Assembly (NCBI RefSeq): GCF_044704955.1
Contig: NC_091997.1
Location: 85,808,001 to 85,872,000 of the forward strand
Direction: 5' to 3'
DNA: 64,000 nt
Source: Pristiophorus japonicus
Lineage: Eukaryota
Position numbers and translations under genes: made by a program. Below the pieces are notes generated by a model, which made no database searches, was not told the origin of the DNA, and saw only the letters and a list, made by a program, of their open reading frames with translations. The stretch's first letter is position 1; every line of letters starts with the position of its first letter. Shown piece after piece: positions 50,343 to 62,774 of the stretch.

Positions 50343-53300
50343 TGTTATGTATGCAACACCTTGTAACCAGCATTCTACCGCCACCAGAGGGCACATCTGT
50401 TGGAGTCCCAAGGGATCCCAGCACCCCTTGGGAGCACTGCATATAAGCAGGCCTCCCAGGCTGTGCCAGCACTCTGGAGTCAGAATAAAGAGACTAAAGT
50501 CACACTTCCTCAAGTCTACAGTACTCAGTCATATTTCTTTATTTGAGACATAACAACTGGCGACGAGTAATAGATAACGAACCATCACCCAAAAATGCAG
50601 AGAAGTGTTGGTATCCTGGAGAAATTCTCAGAAGGTGATGATTGGGAAGCCTTTGTGGAGCGACTCGACCAATACTTCGTGGCCAATGAGCTGGAAGGGA
50701 ATGAGAAAGCTGCCAAATGAAGGGCAATCCTCCTCACCGTCTGCAGGGCAACAACCTATGGCCTCATGAAGAATCTTCTTGCTCCGGTGAAACCAACAGC
50801 CAAATCGTATGAAGAACTGTGTACGCTGGTCCGGGAGCACCTAAATCCGAAGGCGAGCATTCTGATGGCAAGGTATCGATCTTATACATGTCAACGGTCT
50901 GAAGGCCAGGAAGTGGTGAGCTACGTCGCCAAACTAAGGCGCCTTGCAGGACATTGCGAATTCGGTGGATTCCTGGAGCAAATGCTAAGAGACTTTTTTG
51001 TGCTTGGCATTGGCCATGAGGTTATTATTCGCAAATTATTGACTGTTGAAACACCGAACCTGAGCAAAGCCATAACGATAGCCCAGACATTTAGGTCCAC
51101 CAGCGATAACACCAAACAAATTTCACAGCACAAAGATGTATCGGCAAGTACTGTACACAAAGTAACGTCGTTTTCAGGCAGGAATGCATATGGCAGAACA
51201 TACACGCCTGCAGCTGCATGACCTCAGATGACTCAGAGTCGGCCATCAAGTGTGAATGCGAGGCAAATAACAATTTGTTGGCGCTGAGGAGGTGATCATC
51301 GAGCCCATCAATGCCACTTCAAACACTATGCGTGCAAAGGCTGTGGAACATAGAAACATAGAAAATAGGTGCAGGAGTAGGCCATTCAGCCCTTCAAGCC
51401 TGCACCACCATTTAATATGATCCTGGCTGATCATGCAACTTCAGTACCCCATTCCTGCTTTCTCTCCATACTCCTGGATCCCTTTAGCCGTAAGGACCAC
51501 ATCTAACTCCCTTTTGAATATATCTAAAGAACTTGCCTCAACAACTTTCTGTGGTAGAGAATTCCACAGGTTCACAATTCTGAGTGAAGAAGTTTCTCCT
51601 CATCTCGGTCCTAAATGGCTTACCCCTTATCCTTAGACTGTGATTCCTGGTTCTGGACTTCCCCAACAACGGGAACATTCTTCCTGCATCTAATCTGTCT
51701 AATCCCCTCTGAATTTTATATGTTTCTATTAGATCCCCTCTCATTCTTCTAAATTCCAGTGAATATAAGCCTAGTCGATCCAGTCTTTCTTCATATGTCA
51801 GTCATGCCATCCCAGGAATCAGTCTGGTGAACCTTCGCTGCCCTCGCTCAATAGCAAGAATGTCCTTCCTCAGATTAGGAGACCAAAACTGTACACAATA
51901 TTTCAGGTGAGGCCTCACCAAGGCCCTGTACAACTGCAATAAGACTTCCCTGCTCCTATACTCAAATCCTCTCGCTATGAAGGCTAACATGCCATTTGCC
52001 TTCTTCACCGCCTGCTGTACCTGCATGCCAACTTTCAATGACTGATGTACCATGACACCCAGGTCTCGTTGCAGCTCCTCTTTTCCTAATCTGTCACCAT
52101 TCAGATAATATTCTGCCTCCCTGTTTTTGCCACCAACGTGGATAACCTCACATTTATCCACATTATACTGCATCTGCCATGCATTTGCCCACTCACCTAA
52201 CCTGTCCAAGTCACCCTGCAGCCTCTTAGCATCCTCCTCACAACTCACACTGCCACCCAGCTTAGTGTCATCTGCAAACTTGGAGATATTACATTCAATT
52301 CCTTCATCCAAATCATTAATGTATATTGTAAATAGCTGGGGGCCCAGCACTGAACCCAGTAGTCACTGCCTGCCATTCTGAAAAGGTCCCGTTTATTCCT
52401 ACTCTTTGATTCCTGTCTGCCGACTAGTTCTCTATCCACGTCAATACATTACCCCCAATACCATGTGCTTTAATTTTGCACACTAATCTCTTGTGTGGGA
52501 CCTTATCAAAAGCCTTTTGAAAGTCCAAATACACCACATCTACTGGTTCTCCCTTGTCCACTCTACTAGTTACATTCTCAAAAAATTCGAGAAGATTTGT
52601 CAAGCATGATTTCCCTTTCATAGATCCATGCTGACTTGGACCGATCCTGTCACTGCTTTCCAAATGCGCTGCTATTACGTTTTTGATAATTGATTCCAAC
52701 ATTTTCCCCAATAACGATGTCAGGCTAACCGGTCTATAATTCCCTGTTTTCTCCCTCGCTCCTTTTTTAAAAAATGTGGTTACATTAGCTACCCCCCAAT
52801 CCATAGGAACTGATCTAGAGTCGATAGATTGTTGGAAAATGATCACCAATACATCCACTATTCCTAGGGCCACTTCCTTAAGTACTCTGGGATGCAGACT
52901 ATCAGGCCCTGGGGATTTATCGGCTTTCAATCCCATCAATTTCCCTAACACAATTTCCTGATTAACAATGGGACACCTGCAGCGAATGTGCAGACGAGCT
53001 GCAAACCCTGCAAACCACCATGTTGCAGAGGAAGACCGATCCATGGCGGATCAAACTGAACTAGAGACTTGAACCAAGGAGGCAGAAGTGTACGGGGTAC
53101 ACACCTTCACCATGAAATGTCCACCGATCATGTTAAAAGTTGAACTGAATGGAATTCCAGTATCCATGGAATTGGACACGGGTGTGAGTCAGTCTATCAT
53201 GAGCAAAAAGGCCTTTGAGAGGCTGCGTTGCAACAAGGCACAAAGGCCCAAGCTGAGCCCTATTCATACCAAGCTGAGAACTTACACTAAAGAGCTGATC

Positions 53301-56265
53301 CCTGTAATTGGCAGTGCAGCAGTAAAAGTCTCCTATGATGGAGTAGTGCACGATCCACCACTATGGATTGTGTCAGGAGATGGTCCCACACTGTTCGGCA
53401 GAAGCTGGCTGGGAAAAATCCGCTGGAACTGGGATGACATCCGAGCGCTTTTGTCCGTCGACGACGCCTCATGTGCCCAGGTTTTGAGCAAGTTCCCGTC
53501 GTTGTTTGAGCCAGGCATCAGAAAGTACTCTGGGGTGAAGTACTCTGGGGTGAAGTACTCGTGTACCGGGATCCACTTGGTTCCCGGTACACGACCCATC
53601 CACTACAAGGCACGTGCAGTGCCATACATGATGCGAGAGAAAGTGGAGATGGAGCTGGACAGGCTGCAGCGAGAAGGCATCATCGCGCCGGTGGAGTTCA
53701 ACGAGTGGGCCAGTCTGATTGTTCTGGTTCTCAAGGGCGATGGCACGCTCTGAATTTTTGACAACTATAAAGTAACAATCAACCATTTTTCGCTGCAGGA
53801 CCAGTACCCGCTACCCAAGGCAGACGACCTATTTGCGACGCTGGCAGGAGGGAAGACGTTCACCAAATTGGACCTGACCTCGGCCTACATGACGTAGGAG
53901 CTGGCAAAATCTTCGAAAGGCCTCACCTGCATCAACACGCACAAAGGTCTGTTCATCTGTAATAGATGCCTGTTTGGGATTCGATCGGCCGTGGCTATTT
54001 TTCAAAGCTAAAGTTGGTTCCGCGCACCGTGGTTTTCCAGGACGACATAGTGATCACAGGTCGGGACACCATCGAACACTTGCAGAACCTGGAAGAGGTT
54101 CTAAGTCGGCTAGATCGTGTGGGACTCAGGTTGAAACGCTCTAAGTGTGTTTTCCTGGTGCCAGAGGTCGAGTTCTTAGGGAGAAGAATCGCAGCAGACG
54201 GCATCAGACCCACCGACACCAAGACGGAGGCCACAGAACGCGCCGAGACCACAGAACGTGACGGAGTTGCGGTCGTTCCTGGGACTCCTCAATTATTTTG
54301 GTAATTTCCTACCGGGGTTAAGTATCTTGCGAGAACCTTTATATGTGTTGCTACGCAAGGCAGATGACTGGGTATGGGGGAAATCACAAGAGACTGCTTT
54401 TGAGAAAGCCAGAAATCTTTTTTGCTCCAATAAGCTGCTTGTTCTGTATAACCCATGTAAACATTTAGTGCTAGCTTGCGATGTGTCTTCGTACGGGGTC
54501 GGGTGTGTGTTACAACAAGCAAACGAATCGGGAACATTGCAACCGGTCGTTTATGCGTCCAGGAGTTTGTCCAAAGCCGAAAGGGCCTACAGCATGATTG
54601 AAAAAGAAGCTCTCGTATGCGTTTACGGGATGAAAAAAATGCACCAGTATCTGTTTGGGCTTAAGTTCGAGTTAGAAACTGACCATAAGAACATAAGAAC
54701 ATAAGAATGCTCATATCGCTATTCTCAGAGAGCAAAGATATTAATACCAATGCCTCTGCTCGCATCCAAAGATGGGCACTCACGCTGTCTGCATATAACT
54801 ATAACTATGTAATTCGCCACAGGCCAGGCACAGAGAACTGAGCTCTCAGTCGGCTACCATTGCAAATCGCCGGGGTGGAAATGGTACAGCCTGCAGACTT
54901 GCTCTTGGTGATGGATGCCGTTAAAACGAAAAGTCACCCGTTACGGCCTGCCAGATCAGGACCTGGACCAGCCAGGATCCTTTACTGTCCCTTGTAAAAA
55001 GCTGTGTGCTCCATGGGAGCTGGTCCAGCATCCCAGCGGAGATGCATGGAGAGATCAAGGTGTTCCAGCGGCGCAAAGACGAACTGTCCATACAGGCGCA
55101 CTGTCTTTTGTGGGGTAATCGGGTGGTTTTGCTTAAGAAAGGCAGGGAAACATTCATATGCGACCCACCCATGCATAGTAATGATGAAAGCTATAGCCAG
55201 ATCCCATGTGTGGTGGCCCGGCATCGATTCAGATTTGCAGTCTTGCGTGCACCAATGCAACACTTACTCTCAATTGAGCAACGCACCCAGGGAGGCACCA
55301 CTAAGTTTAGCTTGTGGTCATGGCCCTCCAAACCGTGGTCTAGGATCCACGTTGACTTCGTTGACCCGTTTCTAGGCAAAATGTTTTTGGTTGTTGTGGA
55401 AGCTTATTCAAAATGGATTGAGTGTGTAATGTCTGTAAGCACGTCCACTGCCACCATCGAAAGCCTACGAGCCATGTTTGCATGCACGGCCTGCCTGATG
55501 TCCTTGTCAGTGACAATGGGCCGTGCTTCACCAGCACTGAATTCAAGGAATTCATGACCTGCAATGGGATCAAGCACGTCACATCTGCCCCGTTCAAGCC
55601 CGCATCTAACGGCCAGGCAGAACGGGCAGTCCAAACCATCAAGCAAAGCTTGAAACGTGAGTAGGTAGGCTCCCTGCAAACCCATCTGTCCTGAGTCCTG
55701 CTCAGCTACCGCACAAGACCTCACTTGCTCACCAGGGTTCCCCCTGCCGAACTGCTCAAGAAAAGGTTACTCAAGACAAGGCTCTCTCTAGTCCATCCTG
55801 ATCATGTCGAGCACACCACCAACTTCGACCCTCCGATACACACACAACCGACATCACGGTTGACCACGAAGCTGAACTCATCATCCCCAACAGCCCAGCA
55901 AAGCCAGCTGTGCAGCAGTCCAGCGAAGGCCCAACCAACTCAACCAACTCTGTGTTTGTACTGAGACGATCGACTAGGGAGCGGAAAGCCCCAGATTGTC
56001 TCACCCTGTAAATAAGTGTACTATTGACTTTGGTTGGGGGGGGTGGGAGTGATGTTATGTATGTAACACCTTGTAACCAGCATTCTACCGCCACCAGAGG
56101 GCGCATCTGTTGGAGTCCCAAAGGATCCCAGCATCCCTTGGGAGCGCTGCATATAAGCAGGCCTCCCATGCTGTGCCGGCACTCTGCAGTCAGAATAAAG
56201 AGACTAAGGTCACACTTGCTCAAGTCTTCAGTACTCAGTCACATTGCTTTATTTGAGACTTAACA
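50343..56265 (+). mobile_element. Gypsy D (inner): Ty3/Gypsy inserted in gag of Gypsy C
   Basis: 213-bp LTRs 50343-50555 and 56053-56265; TSD ATATC; PBS TGGCGACGAG; PPT GGGGGGGGTGGGAG; degenerate gag-pol. Confidence 0.95.
51350..52963 (-). mobile_element. CR1 LINE, 5'-truncated, nested in Gypsy D
   Basis: RT ORFs 51538-53044; CATAGAAA tail. Confidence 0.93.
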
Positions 56266-57913
56266 ATATCTGTTTAGTATTATCGTTCATGGACATAAAA
56301 GCCTGGGCTATCGTAATGGTCTTGCTCAGATCTAGGGATTCGGCAGACAGCAGTTTGCGAAGAATGACCTTGTGGCCGATTCCAAGCACGAAAATGTCCC
56401 GCAACACTTCCCTCAAAAATCTAGCAAATACGCACGGTCCTGCAAAGCGTCTTAGGTCAGCGACATAGCCCGCCACGTCCTGGCCCTCGGAGCGATGGTG
56501 TGTATAAAAGCGATACCTGGCCATCAAGATGCTCTCCTTCAGCTTGAGGTGTTCCCGAACCAGCGTGCACAGCTCCTCATATGTCTTCTCCATTGGTTTC
56601 GTCGGTGCTAGCAGATTTTTGATGAGGCCATATATCGTGGACCCACAAACGGTGAGGAGAATCGCCCTGTGCTTGATCGCGGTTTCTTCCTTTTCCAGCT
56701 CGTTGGCCACGAAGTACTGGTCACGGAGTTCAACAAAGGCTTCCCAATCATCACCCTCAACAAATCTCTCAAGAATACCAATGGCAACCATAACTGCGTG
56801 AAAGTTCGTGATCTGTTACTTGTCGCCAATTGTTACATTTAGAATAACTCCACAAGACTGTATATCTTAAGCTCAAACTGTTGTGACCTTGGTCTCTTTA
56901 TTATAACTCCAGAGTGAAGAGGCAGCATGGTAGACTGCCTTTTATACCTGCTTGCCCAGGGTGTGCAGGTGACCCTTGGGTCTCCCACAGGTGCGCCCCC
57001 TGGTGGCAAGTCTTACACATTGGTAATGTTTACATACATAACACGGACGATAAGTGGGAAATTCACAATTATGTAAGGGAAAGTTTGCTACAAATTGTCA
57101 GCCCCCAGCCGATCTCTAAACCATATTGTTAAACGTATTAAACAGTGTAACGTCACTGAAATTTGAAGGTTATGTTTCAATGTTGAACAATGCATGTATA
57201 ATCAGTAAGATAAAAGGACTTTCACGCGATAGTCACCAATCCCACACTCCGTGTGGGCAGCCATGCTCAAACAGGGGTCAGGGGTTAGCTCTGTGTCATT
57301 GTGTCTCCTTGAAGCAGAGCTCACTCTGACGGCAGGTTGGGGGGGAGGGGGTGGGAGGGGACAGAGTCAGTGAATTTACCCTCATAACCCTGGCATTTGC
57401 CTCATTGTCCAGCCCTTGGCTTCAGAACCAAGCTCTGAAACAATGGGTGCCATTTACAATATGAGCACCACACGCAAGGACTGGTGTGTAGCGAATCCAA
57501 GTGAACTCAACTCTAAAGTCTCCTACATACAAAGCGGCAGGAAGTGTGTGACGATTGCGAAATTTGAACTGATGATGGGTAGTGAAGCAATTTTAAAAAG
57601 GGTAGAAAGGGTGCAGTGAAAGATTCATGAGGATGTTGCCAGGACTGGAAAACTTTAGCTGTGAGGAAAGATTGGATAGGCTGGGGCTGTTTTCCTTGGA
57701 ACAGAGGAGGCTGAGGGGAGATTTAATTGAGGTGTATAAAATTATGAGGGGCCTAGTGAGGGTGACTAGGAAGGATCTATTGCCCTTAGTCGAGGAGTCA
57801 ATAACCAGAGGGCATAGATTTTTTAATTAATGTGGAAAGATAGAAAAAGAGCAACCATAGATTGCAAGGCTTGCTGGGACATTATATTTGGTCAACCTAA
57901 GAATTAGAGCTTA

Positions 57914-58423
57914 CTAGCAAAGTTATGTGATGAGACTGGACTCAAATGGGTCAAACTGTTACCTTTGGCAGTAATGGTAATGCGATCAGCAACAAATAGA
58001 ACGACAGGATTATCACCACATGAAATCGTCATGGGACGTCCCCAATGTTTGCCTTTTTCTGCACCGTTTACTGCTAAACAAATGGATGTCCACAAAATGG
58101 AAGAAAATATGCTAAACTATTGCATTGCTTTAACAAAATGTATTTCTAGCTTTCATTCCCAGGTAAAGGAAGCCCAAATTGATCCTGCTGAAGGAAGATG
58201 CCATAGCTTGGAGCCTGGCGAGTTCGTGTACGTGAAGGTGTTCAAGAGGAAAAATAGTCTTCACGCAAGGTTTGAAGGTCCATTCCAGATCCTGTTGACC
58301 ACCAATACTGCCGTGAAGATAAAGAAGAGACCAACATGGATCCACGCCTCACACTGCAAAAGAGCTCCAGGACATGAGGAAAAGGAATCACTAATCCCAT
58401 CAGTAAAGGGAAATGGACATTAG
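57914..58423 (+). pseudogene. pol: ERV integrase C-terminal fragment
   Basis: WVKLLPLAV, TGLSPHEIVMGRP, RFEGPFQILLTTNTAVK, WIHASHCK. Confidence 0.9.
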
Positions 58424-59738
58424 GACTATGTTTCCTTGTGACACTTATAATACCTGTAATGCCCGAATTGCATGTAAACACCTTCTTGTATATGTCCCAC
58501 AAATACGCTACGAAAAACAACAAAGAAGGGGGTTGTTGGATATGTAACCAAACCCCTCTCCACTCTAAGGGAGGGATTCCTCTTAGAACTATCCCACTTA
58601 ATCTGTCAGAAGTAATAGAATGGTATATCTACCAGAACGGCACACGCCAATTCCCTAGGATGATAAGAGCTGCGACGGTGGTAGTATACCCACCATCGGG
58701 CGACGGGAAGATGATGGAATCCTCTAGTTTATCATTTTACCCCATATCTGCAGAGCCCTGGGAAAAGGGGGGATATCGTCTGAATACCTTTGAAGGGTGG
58801 TACCAACCAAGGTATGACCACTCCCAACAACCTTCCTTCCTCACTCTTACCAGGACCACAGGTATGGGAAGGCCGCCGGGGACAATATGTTTAGTAAGGA
58901 ACTTGGCCGGGGGAATATTCGTAGGCGTGAGTCAGTGTGAATATAATTTTACAGTGGCGGGTACTCCTGTCGCGTTTCCCCTTTATACGTCCTCTCAGTT
59001 TTATGGTTGTACATTGAATGTCCCATACGCCAACCAGATAGGTACTTTCAACTATTCCCTGGTATCCGCAGGGTTTGATGTGGATAAAACCACCTCGTAC
59101 AATGGAACATAATTTGTTTGTGGCCACTTATCCTCTCCAGCAAATCACCCGCATTATCGATCCAGTCGAGCCATTACAGAAACACAACCATTCTCTTCTA
59201 TCCTTGTTCCCCTCTAGGAGTAGCATTTGCCATAAGAGAAATAAGAAAAGTGGCTAGAATATTAGAAGAAGTAGCAAACGACACTGCAGAAGCTGTAAGC
59301 GGATTAAACGATGAGATGGTGGCTATAAGAACAGTAGCTTTGCAAAATAGAATGGCTCTAGACTATCTGCTAGCAGAAAAGGGTGGAACATGTGCACTAA
59401 TGGGGTCTGAGTGTTGCACATACATTCCTGACAATTCTGAGGAAATAGGTAACTTAGTGGACCACATCCGGAAGGAAGTTGAAAAGTTAAAGAAACCAGG
59501 TTCCTGGGACATGTTTGATTGGGCAGGCGGATGGTTCGGGCCTATAGGTCAAACCATAGTACAAGGGCTGATCATATTCCTGGTCATTATCTTTGCTCTA
59601 TATTTGGTATTTGTCCTGATAAAATGCTGCTGTGCACGACTAGGGGCTACAGCCGTGATGGTAGCCACAACCCCAGAAGCCTCAGAGAAGGCAGAAACCA
59701 TGGAGATGGAGAGACTCTGTAAAATTCAGTTGGACTAA
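58411..59738 (+). pseudogene. env: ERV envelope, disrupted (stop 59110-59112, apparent internal deletion) with open TM subunit region
   Basis: Signal-like WTLGLCFLVTLII, CWIC (CXXC), LQNRMALDYLLAEKGGTC immunosuppressive domain, CX6CC, hydrophobic anchor. Confidence 0.9.
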
Positions 59739-60761
59739 AAGTTATTGTCCCTATAGGGACAAAAGGGAGGAATGTGGAAAGATAGAAAAAGAGCAACCAT
59801 AGATTGCAAGGCTTGCTGGGACATTATATTTGGTCAACCTAAGAATTAGAGCTTATTTCAGCAACTATACCAAACAAGCTGTCAGCAGTTGAAACCCCGG
59901 GTTGCATTAGCTGCCCGTAGCTAAGGTCATCTGTCTTCTCTGTCTAATTATAATCACAATAAGGATGTGTAAACCAAAAAAAAAGACAGTGTGTACAGGG
60001 TGCAAGGAGAGGTTGGCCCAAAATAAGCAAAGGGTAGCTAAGACAAGTAGCCATTGGATAACACTGATGAGGTAATTAAATTAACTGCTACACTCTGCAC
60101 TATTACAAAAAAAAAGAGGAACCATCACATATGATAGGAGCTGTTTACTTGAGTGTATAAATATTCCAAAATTTCTGTAGATTGTCAGAGTTGGTACCCT
60201 AAGCCTTTGACTAGGGCACTCTCCCCTTGTATACAAGTAAAAATAAACTAACAATCTGACGGTCTGCTTGTGTTAAGCGTCTTACCTTCAGTCGGTGTCT
60301 TCAACATTGGTAGGAGGCTTAGAGGAGAGTTGAGGATCATCTTTTCACCCAGAGGGTGGTGGGGGGTCTGGAACTCACGGCCTGAAAGGGTGGTAGAGGC
60401 AAAACCCTCACCACATTTAAAAAGTACTTGGATGTGCGCTTAAAGTGCCGTAAGCTACAGGGCTACGGACCAAGAGCTGGAAAGTGGGATTAGGCTGGGT
60501 AGCTCTTTTTTTACCGGCACGGACACAATAGGCCGAAATGGCCTCATTCTGTGTGGTAATTTTCTTGATTCTATGAAAAGGCTCGGCTATTTACAGCTTG
60601 TTGGTGTAGAAGTGGGTGAGAGATTCAGCCGATATACACGTGGTTTCAGTCTGTGGGTCTTCCTGCTGGTTAATGGTTTACCATGCGATCTGCAGTAACA
60701 GTTCTCAGGCACTGTTTTGTTTTTGAAGTTTGTTGGAACTGCTCTGCGGGGAAGGTGATGA

Positions 60762-60861
60762 GGGGGAGGGGAGTTTGCATCGTGAGAGGGTGATGTGGGG
60801 GAGGGGAGTTTGCATCGTGAGAGGGTGATGTGGGGGAGGGGAGTTTGCATCGTGAGAGGGG
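60762..60861. repeat. 35-bp tandem repeat, ~3 copies
   Basis: GAGTTTGCAT at 60771, 60806, 60841. Confidence 0.9.
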
Positions 60862-61704
60862 CATGGGTTACAGAAGGGTGGAAGCAGTCAGTGGAGCTGT
60901 TCAGCATGGAATTAAGGGAAGCAGAACGGCATGAGAATGTATTACACATTGTTCAACAGTAAATTTTAGGCTGGTGGAACCTTTTCTTTGGTTGGGAGAA
61001 CTGGAACTAATTAACCTCGAGATAGAAATCTATTTATCACATTCAGCGTACTTCCTCTTTTTCATTTGCTTTTCTGATTCAACTTCCTAAAAAAAGAGTA
61101 ACTGATACAAAAACTGAACTGTTCCTAACATGCCCACCTTATCAGTAATGTCAACATCAATTTGTCTCATGCAAAATTATCTGAAGCTGCTTTCCAAGCT
61201 GACCTTCATTGCCCTTCCCTTTATCAGTCAGTATGGTCACTGTAACTTCTGTGAGCTGTTTCAAACTGAATGGGGAACTGGGGGTCTTGCCTGAGACGGG
61301 CTTAAAGAAATACCACAACAACTTAATATAGTATCTTTACAGTACCATCCCATGCCACCCCAAGTAACTTACCCATCCTGGAGCTGCGACGATTTCGTTG
61401 TCCCCAACCTGCTCTCCTGAGCAAGCGGCAAGGATACCCACCCAAAGCATGATGTCATCGAGACCCAATTGAAATTTTAACTCTCAGAGTGACTATTTGC
61501 ACTAGTTTTTTGTGTGTCCTTCTGCGCATGCGCGCGTCGGACACCGCCCCCTTTTTGAGCATGGGCCCTCGACTTGGCCGCGCATGCGCAGCGTGACGTA
61601 TGAGGAAGCTGGAAGTGAGAGCCAAACCACGAGCAGTGTGGAGCTGTCCGTTGGAGTGGTTTCCAGCTCTTGCATTATTTGCAACAATTTTGCAGGCTTC
61701 TGTG

Positions 61705-62548
61705 GGAGCGAGAGAGGCGTGAGGGGTGGGGAAGGGGGGAGAGAGAGAGATGGGGAAGGAGGAGAGAGAGAGATGGAGGGGAGGAGAGACGGGGGGGAGA
61801 AGAGAGAGATGGGGGAGAGAAAGAGCGAGAGAGACGGGGGAGGGATGGAGAGAGAGATGGGGAAGAGAGAGACGGGGGAGGGGGAGGAGAGAGAGAGATA
61901 CGGGGGAGAGAGACGGGGGAGTGGGAGAGAGATATGGGAAGGGGAAGACAGATAGGAGAGGGGGAGAGATGTTGGGGGGCAGAGACATGGGGAGGGGGGA
62001 GCGAGAGACGGGGAGGGGGGAGCGAGAGAGAGACAGGGAGGGGGAAGCGAGATAGACGGGGAGAGGGGAGAGAGACGGGGAGACCGGAGAGATAGAGGCG
62101 GGGAGGGGGGAGCGAGAGAGACGGAGATGGGGGCGGGGGAGAGAGATGGGGGAGAGGAAAGACGGTGGAGAGAGAAATGACAGGGGAGGGTGGGTGGGGT
62201 GAGAGAGAGAGAAACGGGGAGAGAGACGGGAGGAGGGGGGAGAGAAAGAGAGAGTCGTGGGGAGAGACGGGAAGAGGGGGGGGAGAGAGAGAGATGGGGG
62301 AAAGAGAAAGAGAGACAGGGGAAGGAGAGAGAGAGCGAGAGATGGGGTGGGAGGGAAGAGAGAGAGAGAGAGAGACGGGGAGGGGGGAAGAGAGAGCGAG
62401 ACTGGGTGGGGGGGGAAGAGAGAGAGAGAGACGGGGGGGAAGAGAGAGAGTGAGATGGGGGGATGGAAGAGAGAGAGATGGGGGTGAGGAGAGAGACGAG
62501 GGGGGGGAGGGAGAGAGGGGAGTCGGGAGAGGGGATGGGAGGGGAGGG
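61705..62548. repeat. GA/G-rich low-complexity tract
   Basis: Direct inspection; paralogous position to 7585-8530. Confidence 0.9.
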
Positions 62549-62774
62549 CGGGAACTCAGGGAAGACGGATCACGTTTTCCAACTCCCTTTACACCCACAC
62601 CAGATTTTCTCGGACAGCTCGGTGTGTGTGTTACAAGGGACATCGTTGGGGTGGATGAAATCCGGAAGACACGACACTCTCACTATTCACTTCATACCCA
62701 ATAAACCTGTTACAATCCGTGGCCCATACACAATGCCCCATCTATGGCGGGGCGGGGAGTGTGGTAGGGTAATG

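Larger units (their letters stand above)
44132..57043 (-). mobile_element. Gypsy C (outer): Ty3/Gypsy element carrying nested insertions
   Basis: LTRs 44132-45049 (interrupted) and 56831-57043; PBS TGGCGAC at ~56822-56828; PPT beside 45049; gag 56249-56791 continues at 50337; PR/RT/RH/IN 47105-50126. Confidence 0.92.
57831..60306 (+). mobile_element. Deleted class I (gamma/epsilon-type env) endogenous retrovirus: 83-bp 5' LTR stub, IN C-terminus, env, 3' LTR
   Basis: 57831-57913 identical to 59773-59855; PPT AAAAGGGAGGAA 59761-59772; 3' LTR 59773-60306 TG...CA with TATAAA and AATAAA. Confidence 0.92.
57583..60575 (+). mobile_element. CR1 3' fragment split by the ERV (57583-57830, 60307-60575)
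   Basis: RMLPGLENFSCEERLDRLGLF; resumes TTGGTAGGAGG...TTTTCACCCAGAGGGTGGT; absent from copy 1. Confidence 0.88.

Noticed and set aside
44127-57048. TSD for Gypsy C
   Set aside because: Flanks CACAC and CGGAC differ at two of five bases, so none is claimed; the ERV flanks (TTAA/TTGG) are likewise unconvincing.
58411-59738. Functional syncytin-like captured env
   Set aside because: No in-frame start, premature stop, missing furin site.
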